Source of the DNA: Candidatus Gastranaerophilaceae bacterium
Lineage (GTDB): Bacteria > Cyanobacteriota > Vampirovibrionia > Gastranaerophilales > Gastranaerophilaceae
Direction of reading: 5' to 3'
Assembly: GCA_045638625.1 (NCBI GenBank)
Contig: JAZUBR010000020.1
Coordinates: 9,660 to 73,659, forward strand
DNA length: 64,000 bases
Made by a program: the position numbers and the translations under genes. Below the pieces are notes generated by a model. It did not search any database, was not told where the DNA came from, and was given only the letters and a program-made list of their open reading frames with translations. Positions within the stretch are counted from its first letter, which is position 1; the number at the start of each line of letters is the position of its first letter. This document shows positions 54,072 to 63,978 of the stretch, piece after piece.

Positions 54072-55103
54072 ATGAAAGGACTTGTAAGAAACGGTAGTAA
54101 CATAGAACTAAGGGATTTGCCTACACCTAAACTAATTAATCCCGATGATGCTATTGTAAAAGTAACCTATTCATCTGTGTGTACAAGCGACTTTCATATA
54201 AAGAATGGTTTCGTCCCCAGAGCAAATAACAATATTGTACTCGGACACGAGTTCGTTGGTGAAATCGTTGAATTAGGTAGTAATATTAAAAACCTTACGA
54301 TTGGGCAAAGAGTTGCTGCAAATTGTATCACCTTCTGCGGGGAATGTTTTTACTGCAAGAAAGGTTTTATCAACAACTGCGAAAATGGCGGTTGGGAGCT
54401 TGGGTGTCGTATAGATGGATGTCAGGCTGAATACATTAGAGTGCCTTTTGCCGAAACAGGATTAACTCCAATACCAGAAAATGTGCCTTACACTCAGGCT
54501 CTTTTCACAGGGGATATCCTTTCTAGTGGGTACTTTGGAGTTGAATTATGCGACATAAAACCAAATGAAAATGTGGCAATTATAGGCTGTGGCCCCGTAG
54601 GACTTTGTGCAATGAAATGCGCACGCTTATTTACTAAAGGAAAAATCTTTGCAATCGATATAGATTCTAACAGATTAGAAATTGCACAAACAAACAAGCT
54701 TGCAGATATCTTCATAAACCCTCTAAAAGAAAACATAAACGAAATTATAAAAGCATATACAGACAACCATGGAGCAGACAACGTAATCGAGGCCGCAGGT
54801 ACAAAAGAATCTTTTAAAACAGCATGGGAAATTGCAAGAGCAAATGCTACACTAGCAATTGTTGCAATGTACGAAGAGAATCTAGAATTGCCACTTCCTA
54901 ATATGTACGGTAAAAACTTGATTTTCAAAACAGGTGGCGTAGATGCTATCCATTGCAAAAAACTTCTACAACTAATATCAAATAATGAACTCTCAACCGA
55001 TTTCCTTATTTCTAAAACATTCAAACTAGACAATATACTTGAAGCTTATGAATACTTCGAAAACAAAACTAATAATTGTCTAAAGGTGGCAATTCAGCAT
55101 TAA
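54072..55103 (+). CDS. Zinc-dependent alcohol dehydrogenase family protein (MDR; threonine/sorbitol dehydrogenase-like)
   Basis: The catalytic-Zn signature is GHEFVGEIVELG. The structural-Zn Cys cluster is CGECFYCKKGFINNC. The Rossmann motif is IIGCGPVGL. An AAGGATG RBS is present. Confidence 0.8.
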   Translation: MKGLVRNGSNIELRDLPTPKLINPDDAIVKVTYSSVCTSDFHIKNGFVPRANNNIVLGHEFVGEIVELGSNIKNLTIGQRVAANCITFCGECFYCKKGFINNCENGGWELGCRIDGCQAEYIRVPFAETGLTPIPENVPYTQALFTGDILSSGYFGVELCDIKPNENVAIIGCGPVGLCAMKCARLFTKGKIFAIDIDSNRLEIAQTNKLADIFINPLKENINEIIKAYTDNHGADNVIEAAGTKESFKTAWEIARANATLAIVAMYEENLELPLPNMYGKNLIFKTGGVDAIHCKKLLQLISNNELSTDFLISKTFKLDNILEAYEYFENKTNNCLKVAIQH

Positions 55104-56907
55104 GAATCTCTTCTGGAGTAACTATCTTTTTCATCTTCAATTCTGTATTTACTATTCGTCCTTTTTTAACGTCACCATTAAGCAACTGATCTAAATAATA
55201 TGGCATTTTGGTCGCAATCTCGCTTGTTGAAGCATATTCTGACATCGGCATATAAGAAACTTGGGCTCCTATTAATATAGGTTTGCCCTCATCAGAAGAA
55301 CGAATAATCCCTCCATCATAAGAATCTATATTCATAACTGATACTCGTTCAGGAGATTCAACTTTTATTGAGTAATATTCAAAGTCAACATAACGAGGAG
55401 ATTTAACTCTAGTAACAGAAATTTTTGTTCCATCTTTAGTCATCACAAAGAATTTTCCACCAAAGATTCTGCCATCTTTTAGTCGTTCATGCGAAAATCT
55501 AGAATCTCTTAACTCAACAGGTTGCATAAATATCTCCTGAATTTGAGTTACTGCATCTTGTAATATTTGCTTGGTAAATATTTTAGGAACCTGTTTTACC
55601 TTATTTGCCTGAACTTGTTTTCTTTCTAAAGCTTTTTTCTTAGCCAATTCTTTTTCTTTGCGCCTGTTTGCGGCTCTAGCTGCCTTTTCAGCTTTTATTT
55701 GAGCTTGCTTGTCTAATCTTAACCTTAATCGTTCATTCTTTGCATTTAACTTTGCCAAAGCTATTTTCTCTTTTTGAAGCTTTTTAGCTTTCTCCCTTGC
55801 TAGTTTAGCAGCTTCTTTTTCGGCAGCATATTCTTGTAAATCCTTGATTTCATATTTACCATTTACAACCACAAATTTATGGGTTTTAATATATTCGTCA
55901 ATAAATCCAGAAAAATTACTAAAACTATCAGAGATAAAGTCTAACTCTTTTTTTATATCAAGAGTACTTAATTCGTTAGAAGTAAGTTTAGTCAAGTTAG
56001 AAGGTCTCATATCATGGGGCTTACTCATATCCTTTAAAGTTGCAAAAGTACCATCTTCAAAAGCTATAACAGCCTTTTTCAAAACACCTTTTGTGTCAAA
56101 AGCTTGTATCCTAAATATTCTATCGTCATCTGCGGAATGCAATGGAGTATAAACAGCAAAGGCTCCATTGTTATCATAGAAGCGTAAACCTTTTTCTTCT
56201 ATTATCTGTCCTTCTTGGTAGTATGCCTGCTTTATCTGAAAAGCTGATTTTCTATAATCCAATTTTGTTTTTAACTCTTCAAAACCTTTTAATAAAGCAT
56301 CAATCTCTTGTTTAAATTCATCACTTGGAAAAGGTACCTGCTTTTTTCGTTCGATTTCGATAAGTTTGGCAATCTGAGACTTTGGAGTATCAGGAGTTAT
56401 AAAACTCTTTATGTTCATATACTCCTCTGAATAATCCAAGAGAAGTTTGAATTCATTTTTCATTGAAGCTGCAAATTGAGAAATTTTATCTTTTATATCA
56501 ACTCCACCTTTTAAAAGTTCCGCATCATACTGTTCTGTAGATTCTACAACAAGTTCATCGGAACCTTTTCCACAACTACAAGATACTAGAAAGTTTTTAT
56601 CTGTCCCCTCATAAACCCTCATTGTTAATGGGGCTTTTGCTGAAAACTTATACAAATGGAATTGGGCATTAACAGGGTTATCGCCTTCAAAAAGATTAAA
56701 TCCCTTAGTTCTATCTCCCGTATAAAGCCCTGGAAATAAACTTCTAAACTTAGTCCGCGTTGGTCCATTTTGTTTAGCAAGTTTAAGAGTCAAAGAGTCA
56801 TAAGCACCTTCTAACTCTTGAATTTCAGCAAGCCTCTGAGGAGGTAATTTCAAAACAAATCTACCTTTGAAAGTTTGATCATAAAATTTTAATGGAGTAA
56901 TTTGCAT
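55069..56907 (-). CDS. Hypothetical 612-aa protein with a central K/A/E-rich coiled coil, probably co-transcribed with the upstream kinase-like gene
   Basis: No TM segment or signal peptide is present. A ~90-aa coiled coil reads AAEKEAAKLAREKAKKLQKEKIALAKLNAKNERLRLRLDKQAQIKAEKAARAANRRKEKELAKKKALERKQ. It lies 71 nt downstream of the kinase-like gene on the same strand. Its 3' end overlaps the convergent ADH gene by ~35 nt. Confidence 0.6.
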   Translation of the reverse strand: MQITPLKFYDQTFKGRFVLKLPPQRLAEIQELEGAYDSLTLKLAKQNGPTRTKFRSLFPGLYTGDRTKGFNLFEGDNPVNAQFHLYKFSAKAPLTMRVYEGTDKNFLVSCSCGKGSDELVVESTEQYDAELLKGGVDIKDKISQFAASMKNEFKLLLDYSEEYMNIKSFITPDTPKSQIAKLIEIERKKQVPFPSDEFKQEIDALLKGFEELKTKLDYRKSAFQIKQAYYQEGQIIEEKGLRFYDNNGAFAVYTPLHSADDDRIFRIQAFDTKGVLKKAVIAFEDGTFATLKDMSKPHDMRPSNLTKLTSNELSTLDIKKELDFISDSFSNFSGFIDEYIKTHKFVVVNGKYEIKDLQEYAAEKEAAKLAREKAKKLQKEKIALAKLNAKNERLRLRLDKQAQIKAEKAARAANRRKEKELAKKKALERKQVQANKVKQVPKIFTKQILQDAVTQIQEIFMQPVELRDSRFSHERLKDGRIFGGKFFVMTKDGTKISVTRVKSPRYVDFEYYSIKVESPERVSVMNIDSYDGGIIRSSDEGKPILIGAQVSYMPMSEYASTSEIATKMPYYLDQLLNGDVKKGRIVNTELKMKKIVTPEEILNAELPPLDNY

Positions 56908-56978
56908 TTACGCACCTCACTCCATTAAAACTTCAAACAAAATATTTTTTGCTATATTTGTAATATATTTTTACATTA

Positions 56979-58100
56979 TTATTTAACTCCAACTGAACAA
57001 ATGATATCCATTTCACGGAATGTTCTATAATATAAATCACCTAGTCCAAATCTGCTATCTACATCTTTTATAAAATCCAGATATTTTTGTTTATTAGTAT
57101 CCAAGCCTTGTTTTTCAGCAGCATCCAAACATTTTTTATTTATTGTTGAAACAGCCAATCTAAACTCTTCTTGAGAGCTTTCTAACAATTTAGGATAAAA
57201 ATCTCCAAAGTTTTTAAAATCAACCAACGGTGCCACTAAATCACACAACGAGTTGCGCCCTTTATCTTTATCGTATTTATAAAAGTCAATGATAGATAGT
57301 TCCTTAGTCTCATAATCAACCATAATATTATTTGGATTGAAACTGTCCATCTTATAACCTTTATCATCTAATAATTTTAATTTTTTTGCATAGTCATCAA
57401 ACGACTCTTGTGGGAATTGAGAAATCTCCTTAACTTCTTTTAAGAAAGATTTTACTTCTTTAGGAGAATACGGAACATTATCTCGTCCCCTTGTAGCCCA
57501 CTCTGCAATTGCGTGAGGAGAACCCGTTACACGTCTCAATATCGCAATACCATCTCCAAACCCAGCAATAGCTTGTCCCATATTCATTTCTGCTAAATCA
57601 TCAGGCAAAATTCTCATTTCTTGGTTATGAAACATATGCTCAGGAATATTCTTCCTAATTTTTACGACCCAATTTTCTAACTCCGGATCAGAAAATTTAT
57701 AGACGGTAGATGAAGCTCCACTCCCCAAGAAATTTTCATTTTTACGATTTTTTAAAATATCGTCAGAAGATTTAATCCCCAATTGTTCTAATTTCTTGGT
57801 CAATTTTTCAATACTACTATCACGAGCTATACGAGCAGCTTCTTTCATCTTTTCAAGGTCATCGACCGTATATAAAACCCCAGGTGGATATTCTTTAATA
57901 GCATTTTTATTCATGCCACGTTTTACACCTATAGCATACCCGACTCCAGCTGCTCCAACTACAGCCAAGCACGCCAATGCTGTAGAAAGTTTCTTAGAAT
58001 CATTTTTACTCTCTGCCTTTGATTGACTTACTATATTTTTCTTTTTAGCCTGCATCCCAAACTGAACAGCAGCAGGCATTGCTGTAATACCATTAATCAT
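56979..58100 (-). CDS. Membrane-anchored protein-kinase-fold protein (eukaryotic-like kinase / APH-like)
   Basis: The start was set at MINGITAM because AGGGAA lies upstream and the longer track ORF would begin inside the upstream terminator. A TM helix LACLAVVGAAGVGYAIGV is followed by a Gly-rich loop FLGSGASSTVYKF, a VAIK-like lysine in WVVKIRK, a catalytic-loop-like DSFNPNNIMVD and a DFG-like IIDFY. Confidence 0.6.
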   Translation of the reverse strand: MINGITAMPAAVQFGMQAKKKNIVSQSKAESKNDSKKLSTALACLAVVGAAGVGYAIGVKRGMNKNAIKEYPPGVLYTVDDLEKMKEAARIARDSSIEKLTKKLEQLGIKSSDDILKNRKNENFLGSGASSTVYKFSDPELENWVVKIRKNIPEHMFHNQEMRILPDDLAEMNMGQAIAGFGDGIAILRRVTGSPHAIAEWATRGRDNVPYSPKEVKSFLKEVKEISQFPQESFDDYAKKLKLLDDKGYKMDSFNPNNIMVDYETKELSIIDFYKYDKDKGRNSLCDLVAPLVDFKNFGDFYPKLLESSQEEFRLAVSTINKKCLDAAEKQGLDTNKQKYLDFIKDVDSRFGLGDLYYRTFREMDIICSVGVK

Positions 58101-58172
58101 TATAATATTTCCCTTTATAATAAACACCTTCCCTAAGTTTATATCAAATAAAAATAAAAGCAAATAAAAAAA

Positions 58173-58196
58173 TCCCTGACATATTTGTCAGGGGTA
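58173..58196 (-). terminator. Rho-independent terminator after the phosphohexomutase gene
   Basis: On the minus strand, CCCTGACA-aata-TGTCAGGG is followed by ATTTTTTTATTTGCTTTT. Confidence 0.7.
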
Positions 58197-58219
58197 TAAA
58201 CTCCTAATGAAAACTGTTA

Positions 58220-60484
58220 TTATAACTTGTATACTGGAATCTCAAAAGGTTCGTTATTTGCATCTTTTTCTACAAACCTTAAATAATATTCCATAGCTTT
58301 TTCTTTGGAATTTTCGTAAAACTCTTCCGTAATATATTCGCTATGAAGAGCTGTACGTTCACCAGAATAATTTCCAAGAATCTTGGCATATTCTGAAATT
58401 CCTTCCAAATCCGCACCGCCTGAATAAGCCTTTGTCTTAGCATCAGTTCCTGAAGGACGAATTTCAATATACTTGTCATCAAATTCCAAATATGTACCGT
58501 CACCAACAAACTTAACTGATTTTAAATTATCAAACTTTAATGCTGGGAATGCATCATTCAAGACAGCTTTGATATTTTCAAGGGTCATTACCCCTTCTCT
58601 CAAGCCCATCGCCATTGAAAGATAGAACAAATCGTTCTTTGTACGTTGTTTTTCACCTTCCAATTTTGCTATTTTAAGCTTTTCAATATCCGGCTCAGAT
58701 TCATTATAATACGAAATGTCTTCTCTTACATCATATTTTGAAGTTATGTTACAAGATTCAAAAATGCTTTGTAGATACTGAGATAATGTCTCATTATTTT
58801 CTTCAAGCATTGCCGCCAACGAAGATGCAACAATAATAGCTTCAGTTGCACTCTTTTCTCTCATTGCAATAGCTTTTCTTCCAGTCAAAGATTCAATTAA
58901 ATCTTCTGCACCCATAATCATACCGCCAGATTCTTCACCCGCAAATACTAGTCTTGGTTGCACTCCTAGATTAATTTTGTTACCAAATACATCTTCTACA
59001 ATAACTTCTGAATCAGGATTGTTCTTCAATTGAAGCTCTACCTTTTTCATAATATTTGCAATTTCTTTGAATCCAACCGGAACATTAACAACTTTTATAC
59101 CATTGTGATTTGCCCACTCATCCCAAGAAAGAGCAGATGCTGTAGTCTTAATCATAAATCTTGGATGAGAAGAGAACTTGCCAGAATGTTTTAATTGTCT
59201 TGTTCTATATTCCATCAACATCAAGAACGCTTGGTTTGCAGTATACACTGTCAAAACTCGATCCTCATCTAATTTAATATAAGAAATACCAAACTCATCT
59301 AGTGTCGGAATATTTCCTGATACTTCTACCTGACAAACTGTCAATCTATCGTGGTCTGGGTCTGTAATTAAAACAACAGTTCCTAAAGGATAATTCTTTA
59401 ACAATTCTGGATAATGCAATGTTTCAATTACTGGGAAATACTTCTCACCATTCGGTCTTGTTGCCAAAACAGTAGCATCAACCGAATAATCATAGAATAC
59501 ATTATTCCCTTTTGAATCGTGATCGTATTTTCCAATTGAATGGAAGAAAGGATCCTCTTCAGTATTATTCCACGCAAAGCTTTCTTCTACCTCTAAAGCT
59601 TCTAAAACTCGACTTAAAGTTCTATAAGCACAACCACCAACACACTCAACGAGAATTTTATTCTTCATTTTTTTCAACGCAGATAAATCTTGTGCGACAC
59701 CTGATTTTAAATATTCTACATACAAATCAATACCATCATTCAACTTGCCCATTATAAATTCATCAATCAACGGGTCAGAAGCAGAGGCAATTTTAATTTC
59801 ATAAGAGCCATTCTTTTCAGTTTCTTCAAAGATTTGTTCAATCTTTTCAACAAACTCTAATGATTCATCTGGTAAATATTGGCTACCTTGGTTATTTAAG
59901 TCTTTAGTTGCAGTTTTTACAGAAATACCATGGCTTGAAGTTATATACTCACCCCCTGCCAAGTCTAATTTAAAAGCCAAGAATGATGCCAACCAGATTG
60001 GTATTGACACTCTTTCTGGAGTAGTAAGTGTTTTGATACCCAACGCCGCTTGTATTCTAACAATAGCATCTAAGTACAAATCAGAATTATATCTAACCTC
60101 ACTACCTGCAAGCTTTAATATTTCCTTGTTTGGATATTTTTCTCTTAAAACTAAGCCTTTTGCTAAAGTTGCTAACACAATGCCAACTAAGTTAATAGGA
60201 AATCTTGTATCTTGAGGAAACAAAATATTCTGAGGACCTCTGATACCTGCAGTTGACACTTTTGCTTCTTTTGCATACCCTGCAAACCAATCCTTTAAAT
60301 TTAAACCTTCTGGGTTTGTTGTTTCATCATAAGGATACAAATGCTCTTTCTTTAAAGTAAATACAAACTCATTTTTATTAGTAAAATTCATTAAATTCAA
60401 AGTTTTTATATAATCAGGAGTTTTATCAAAGACATTTTTAAACAACTGATTTTCAAGTTCACAAGATGCGTTTCTTATCATCAT
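58220..60484 (-). CDS. Alpha-D-phosphohexomutase family protein (PGM/PMM-like), 754 aa
   Basis: TAGIRG is the substrate loop. TSSHGIS resembles the TASHNP active-site Ser. ITDPDHDRL is the metal-binding DxDxDR. GEESGGMIMG and RPSGTDAKTKAY are also present. Confidence 0.65.
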   Translation of the reverse strand: MMIRNASCELENQLFKNVFDKTPDYIKTLNLMNFTNKNEFVFTLKKEHLYPYDETTNPEGLNLKDWFAGYAKEAKVSTAGIRGPQNILFPQDTRFPINLVGIVLATLAKGLVLREKYPNKEILKLAGSEVRYNSDLYLDAIVRIQAALGIKTLTTPERVSIPIWLASFLAFKLDLAGGEYITSSHGISVKTATKDLNNQGSQYLPDESLEFVEKIEQIFEETEKNGSYEIKIASASDPLIDEFIMGKLNDGIDLYVEYLKSGVAQDLSALKKMKNKILVECVGGCAYRTLSRVLEALEVEESFAWNNTEEDPFFHSIGKYDHDSKGNNVFYDYSVDATVLATRPNGEKYFPVIETLHYPELLKNYPLGTVVLITDPDHDRLTVCQVEVSGNIPTLDEFGISYIKLDEDRVLTVYTANQAFLMLMEYRTRQLKHSGKFSSHPRFMIKTTASALSWDEWANHNGIKVVNVPVGFKEIANIMKKVELQLKNNPDSEVIVEDVFGNKINLGVQPRLVFAGEESGGMIMGAEDLIESLTGRKAIAMREKSATEAIIVASSLAAMLEENNETLSQYLQSIFESCNITSKYDVREDISYYNESEPDIEKLKIAKLEGEKQRTKNDLFYLSMAMGLREGVMTLENIKAVLNDAFPALKFDNLKSVKFVGDGTYLEFDDKYIEIRPSGTDAKTKAYSGGADLEGISEYAKILGNYSGERTALHSEYITEEFYENSKEKAMEYYLRFVEKDANNEPFEIPVYKL

Positions 60485-60575
60485 ACTCTCCTTTTTCTAA
60501 AGCTTTATTATTATAATATAAACATAATATCCCGTAAAGAGCCACAACACTTGATTATACGTTATTTAAAAGCTT

Positions 60576-60600
60576 AAAGGGCTGATTACCTCAGCCCTTT
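60576..60600 (-). terminator. Terminator hairpin downstream of the tsaE-tsaB-methyltransferase operon
   Basis: AAGGGCTGA-ttacc-TCAGCCCTT forms a 9-bp stem immediately after the stop of the gene ending at 60604. Confidence 0.5.
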
Positions 60601-60603
60601 AGT

Positions 60604-61473
60604 CTATTTTTTAGCATTTATCAAAATCGCATTTGTTTTTAAAGTAATCTCTTTACCAGTCAGGAAGTTCTCAACATCCTTGATGTATTTATTAACCACA
60701 CTCTCTGTAAAATACATTAGGAATCTTTCTTTCACACACTTCGTAGTTGGTGATGGTGGAGTTAGGAACCACTGTTCAACCATTTCTCGTTTAACTTCAT
60801 ACTGAGATTTTACAACCTGCAAATTAACCTCACACTGTTCAAACCCAGCTTCTTCTAAATTCTTCTTAATTGTTTTTTCATCAAAGTTAAACAATGGGTC
60901 TAGAGGATTCTTTGAAAATTCTTCTTCTGCAGCTTTAAATTCGTCATATCTATCAATAAATGATGGGTGCAATAACTCCCAATATTTTGTATTAGAACGA
61001 ATAATCGGTTCAAAAGCACAGAATCTACCACCGTGACGTAAAACTCGGTAAATTTCGTTAATTGCAGCCTGTTTATTCACGATATGAACTAACACAGAAC
61101 GCATTACCGCCTTTGTGACAGTACATTCATTTAAAGCAATATGTTCGCACTCAGATAGTAAAAAGTCATAGCCTTCAGTAACACCATTATCTTCCAAGAA
61201 ACCTTTACAGCTATCCAAGCAATCTTGGAATTTATCAGAGAAAATAACTTTACCTTGCCCTTGTTGCATTTCCAAAGCCTTCATACCCAAAAGCCCTGTA
61301 CCCGTACCGATATCAAGAACAACATCGTTCGCATTTATCTCTGCATAAGTTAAAATTACATCTCTAACTGCCTCTAGCCATTTCATGTTTTGCTCTTTCA
61401 TCTCGTCAGTTAAAGCTGAAAATCTAGTTTCATTCAACCATTGTGACCAATTTTGACAAATACCTTTGCTCAT
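60604..61473 (-). CDS. Class I SAM-dependent methyltransferase
   Basis: Motif I is VVLDIGTGTGLLG, with an acidic residue downstream and VLRHGGRFCAFEP. Confidence 0.7.
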   Translation of the reverse strand: MSKGICQNWSQWLNETRFSALTDEMKEQNMKWLEAVRDVILTYAEINANDVVLDIGTGTGLLGMKALEMQQGQGKVIFSDKFQDCLDSCKGFLEDNGVTEGYDFLLSECEHIALNECTVTKAVMRSVLVHIVNKQAAINEIYRVLRHGGRFCAFEPIIRSNTKYWELLHPSFIDRYDEFKAAEEEFSKNPLDPLFNFDEKTIKKNLEEAGFEQCEVNLQVVKSQYEVKREMVEQWFLTPPSPTTKCVKERFLMYFTESVVNKYIKDVENFLTGKEITLKTNAILINAKK

Positions 61474-61477
61474 ACTG

Positions 61478-62110
61478 CTAATTCCTCTTTAATGTTACTG
61501 GTGGCGGCTGGATATATAATGGTTTCAAATTTTGCCAAACATCTTCACTACCACAATTTTTATTTGCAATTATTCCAAATAATACTTCGCCGAGTGGGAA
61601 ATTTACTTCTTGATAAGATAATACACTATTTCCCAACTCTTTAAATCGTTCAAATAATGTGTTATCAGTAACTATACTACGACCTTTTGCCAATTTGTCA
61701 ATGTCTTCTAATAGCATTGCATCCAACAGTTGCCCGTCCCAAACATATCCCATGTTCTTCCTTGCATCCAATACTACCAACGGATTTTCAAAACCAGATG
61801 CTTTTGCCAAAATTTCTAAAGAAGACACTCCAAAAGTAGCAGCACCCGTTTCCTGAGCAAGAACTCTTGCAACAGTAACACCCGCTCTTATCCCTGTAAA
61901 ACTCCCTGGACCAACGTTAACTCCTACTTTTTTTATATCCTTTGGAGTCTTTCCATTTTTCTTTAAAATTTCAGATATTGTAGATATCAAATAGGCAGAA
62001 TGATAATTTTTCTCATCGGATTTTATTTCAATCGATGATAAAATCTCATTACCTTCTCCTAGTACTATATATGTTTTATCTAAACTCGTATCAAAACTAA
62101 GCGTTAACAC
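61478..62110 (-). CDS. tsaB: tRNA threonylcarbamoyladenosine biosynthesis protein TsaB (YeaZ)
   Basis: MLTLSFDTSLDKTYIVLGEG and GPGSFTGIRAGVTVARVLA show the inactive Kae1/YgjD-like fold. Confidence 0.8.
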   Translation of the reverse strand: MLTLSFDTSLDKTYIVLGEGNEILSSIEIKSDEKNYHSAYLISTISEILKKNGKTPKDIKKVGVNVGPGSFTGIRAGVTVARVLAQETGAATFGVSSLEILAKASGFENPLVVLDARKNMGYVWDGQLLDAMLLEDIDKLAKGRSIVTDNTLFERFKELGNSVLSYQEVNFPLGEVLFGIIANKNCGSEDVWQNLKPLYIQPPPVTLKRN

Positions 62111-62573
62111 TGTTTAATCCTTCTATAATATATTCATACATCTTACCCTTTGATGAAAACTCATAGCATCTATTGTCGTCATCATCATAAGTAACTCTAA
62201 TTTCTAATCTATCAAAAGGCAAAGAGCCTGCATCAAACTCCGCCCACTCAACAAGCGTAATCTTTTTCCCGCTAGTATACTCTCTTAATTCATCTTCAAT
62301 AGTTGAAATTCCAACATTCTCAAGACGATATAAATCAAAGTGATATAATGGTAATTTTGCACTGTGATATTCATTTAATATAACAAAACTCGGACTAGTT
62401 ACTCTTTCAGTAACCCCAATAGCTTCAGCTAATTTCTTTACGAAAGCCGTTTTTCCAGCACCGATTTCACCATACAAACATACAAAAACTCCGTTTTCTA
62501 TTAATTTAGAAAAATCTTGAGCAAGTTTAGCAGTTTCATCTAATGTTGTACAAACTCTTTTATACACGTCCAT
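62097..62573 (-). CDS. tsaE: tRNA threonylcarbamoyladenosine biosynthesis ATPase TsaE (YjeE)
   Basis: The P-loop is LYGEIGAGKTAFVK. The size and its operon with tsaB fit TsaE. Confidence 0.8.
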   Translation of the reverse strand: MDVYKRVCTTLDETAKLAQDFSKLIENGVFVCLYGEIGAGKTAFVKKLAEAIGVTERVTSPSFVILNEYHSAKLPLYHFDLYRLENVGISTIEDELREYTSGKKITLVEWAEFDAGSLPFDRLEIRVTYDDDDNRCYEFSSKGKMYEYIIEGLNSVNA

Positions 62574-63978
62574 TTACCTCAACCCTATTCCTTCCATTAC
62601 GTTTTGCTTCATACAACGCATCATCAGCTTTTATATAAAGCTCTTCAGGCTTACTACCTTGTGAATATTGGGCAACTCCAATACTCACTGTCACCTTAAG
62701 ATTCAAACTTTTTTCTTCTTCCTCAAATTTTACATTTAATTCTTCAACTCCAGCTCTCACACGTTCCGCAACTGCCTTTGCGGCATCCAAATCTGTAAAA
62801 GGAAGTAATACACAGATTTCTTCACCACCATATCTCGCAGGAATATCCGCTTCACGTAAATTTTGACGAACAGTAGTTGCAACCTCCTTCAAAACAACAT
62901 CTCCTACAGCATGCCCGTATGTATCATTGAAATTCTTAAAGAAATCAATATCTAGCATCATTACAGACAGTGCATGTCCTTGACGTTCAGCTTGAGAAGT
63001 TTCCTGCTTCAAACGAACTTCTAGCTGTCTACGGTTATTAAGCCCAGTCAAAGCATCTAAAGTTGCATACTGCAAGACTTCTGAATAAGAATTTGCTCTA
63101 CTAATCGTAATAGAGGATTGTTTAGTCAATTGTTCTAAGTAATCAATCTCTCCAGGTTTTAATCTTTCTGATAAACTTTTTGCAATGATACACCCTAACA
63201 GATTATTCTCAGAAACCATTGCAAAAGCACCTAATTTACCATCTTCTGACAATAGATAATGAGTTTCACAATCCAACTGAGACATCAATACCTTTGCTCG
63301 TTCGTCATTACAAGAATTTGGCCACATCAATTCAAACTTATCATTATTTCTCAAGAAGACATAAATTAAGTGGTCTTCTATAAACCTATCCAACATTTCA
63401 CCAATCAATGGAATAATATAAGTTAGCTCATATTGTGTTTCAATAATTTTGGCAATACTCTTCATTGAGTCATAGAACTCAACATTAGTATGCATTTTTT
63501 CATCAAGAACACTATTTTGAATCTTCAATGCAATTACCGCAGAAAAGATTTTCATAACAGAAAGAAATGACAACTGGATAGAAGTTTCACGTTCAAACCC
63601 TACCTCTATCAAACCTGTTATCTCATCTCCTTTCATTATAGGAAACGCTAACTTTGAAACTTTTATAGAAACCTCTTCCATATTTTGAGGTAATTTATAA
63701 GCTTTTTCGTTAATAATAAAATCATTGAACCAAAACTCATCTATCATATTATTGTATGCAGTAGCAACTTCATCAGGATAAACCTCTTGCAGTGGCTTCA
63801 TATCAGAAAAACAATCTCTAAGAATTTTAGTATTGTTATCTATCAAGAAAATATTCAAGCTTGTAGCATCACCAAAAGAAGAAAAAGCTTTCTTCAAGTC
63901 ACCACCAATTTTATCTGCCGGATGGTCAGAATTTACCAATTTCGTAATATTTTCTAGAAACTTTATATAACTAATCAT
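62560..63978 (-). CDS. GGDEF-domain diguanylate cyclase with an N-terminal GAF-like sensor region
   Basis: LTGLNNRRQLE, ALSVMMLDIDFFKNFNDTYGHAVGD and RYGGEEICVLLP (a GGEEI active-site variant of GG[DE]EF) are present. Confidence 0.75.
   Translation of the reverse strand: MISYIKFLENITKLVNSDHPADKIGGDLKKAFSSFGDATSLNIFLIDNNTKILRDCFSDMKPLQEVYPDEVATAYNNMIDEFWFNDFIINEKAYKLPQNMEEVSIKVSKLAFPIMKGDEITGLIEVGFERETSIQLSFLSVMKIFSAVIALKIQNSVLDEKMHTNVEFYDSMKSIAKIIETQYELTYIIPLIGEMLDRFIEDHLIYVFLRNNDKFELMWPNSCNDERAKVLMSQLDCETHYLLSEDGKLGAFAMVSENNLLGCIIAKSLSERLKPGEIDYLEQLTKQSSITISRANSYSEVLQYATLDALTGLNNRRQLEVRLKQETSQAERQGHALSVMMLDIDFFKNFNDTYGHAVGDVVLKEVATTVRQNLREADIPARYGGEEICVLLPFTDLDAAKAVAERVRAGVEELNVKFEEEEKSLNLKVTVSIGVAQYSQGSKPEELYIKADDALYEAKRNGRNRVEVNGRV

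Noticed and set aside
58101-58163. The longer N-terminal extension (MLLFLFDINLGKVFIIKGNII) of the kinase-like ORF as given in the track
   Set aside because: The extension would start inside or abutting the upstream rho-independent terminator and has no RBS. The internal ATG with AGGGAA upstream is preferred.
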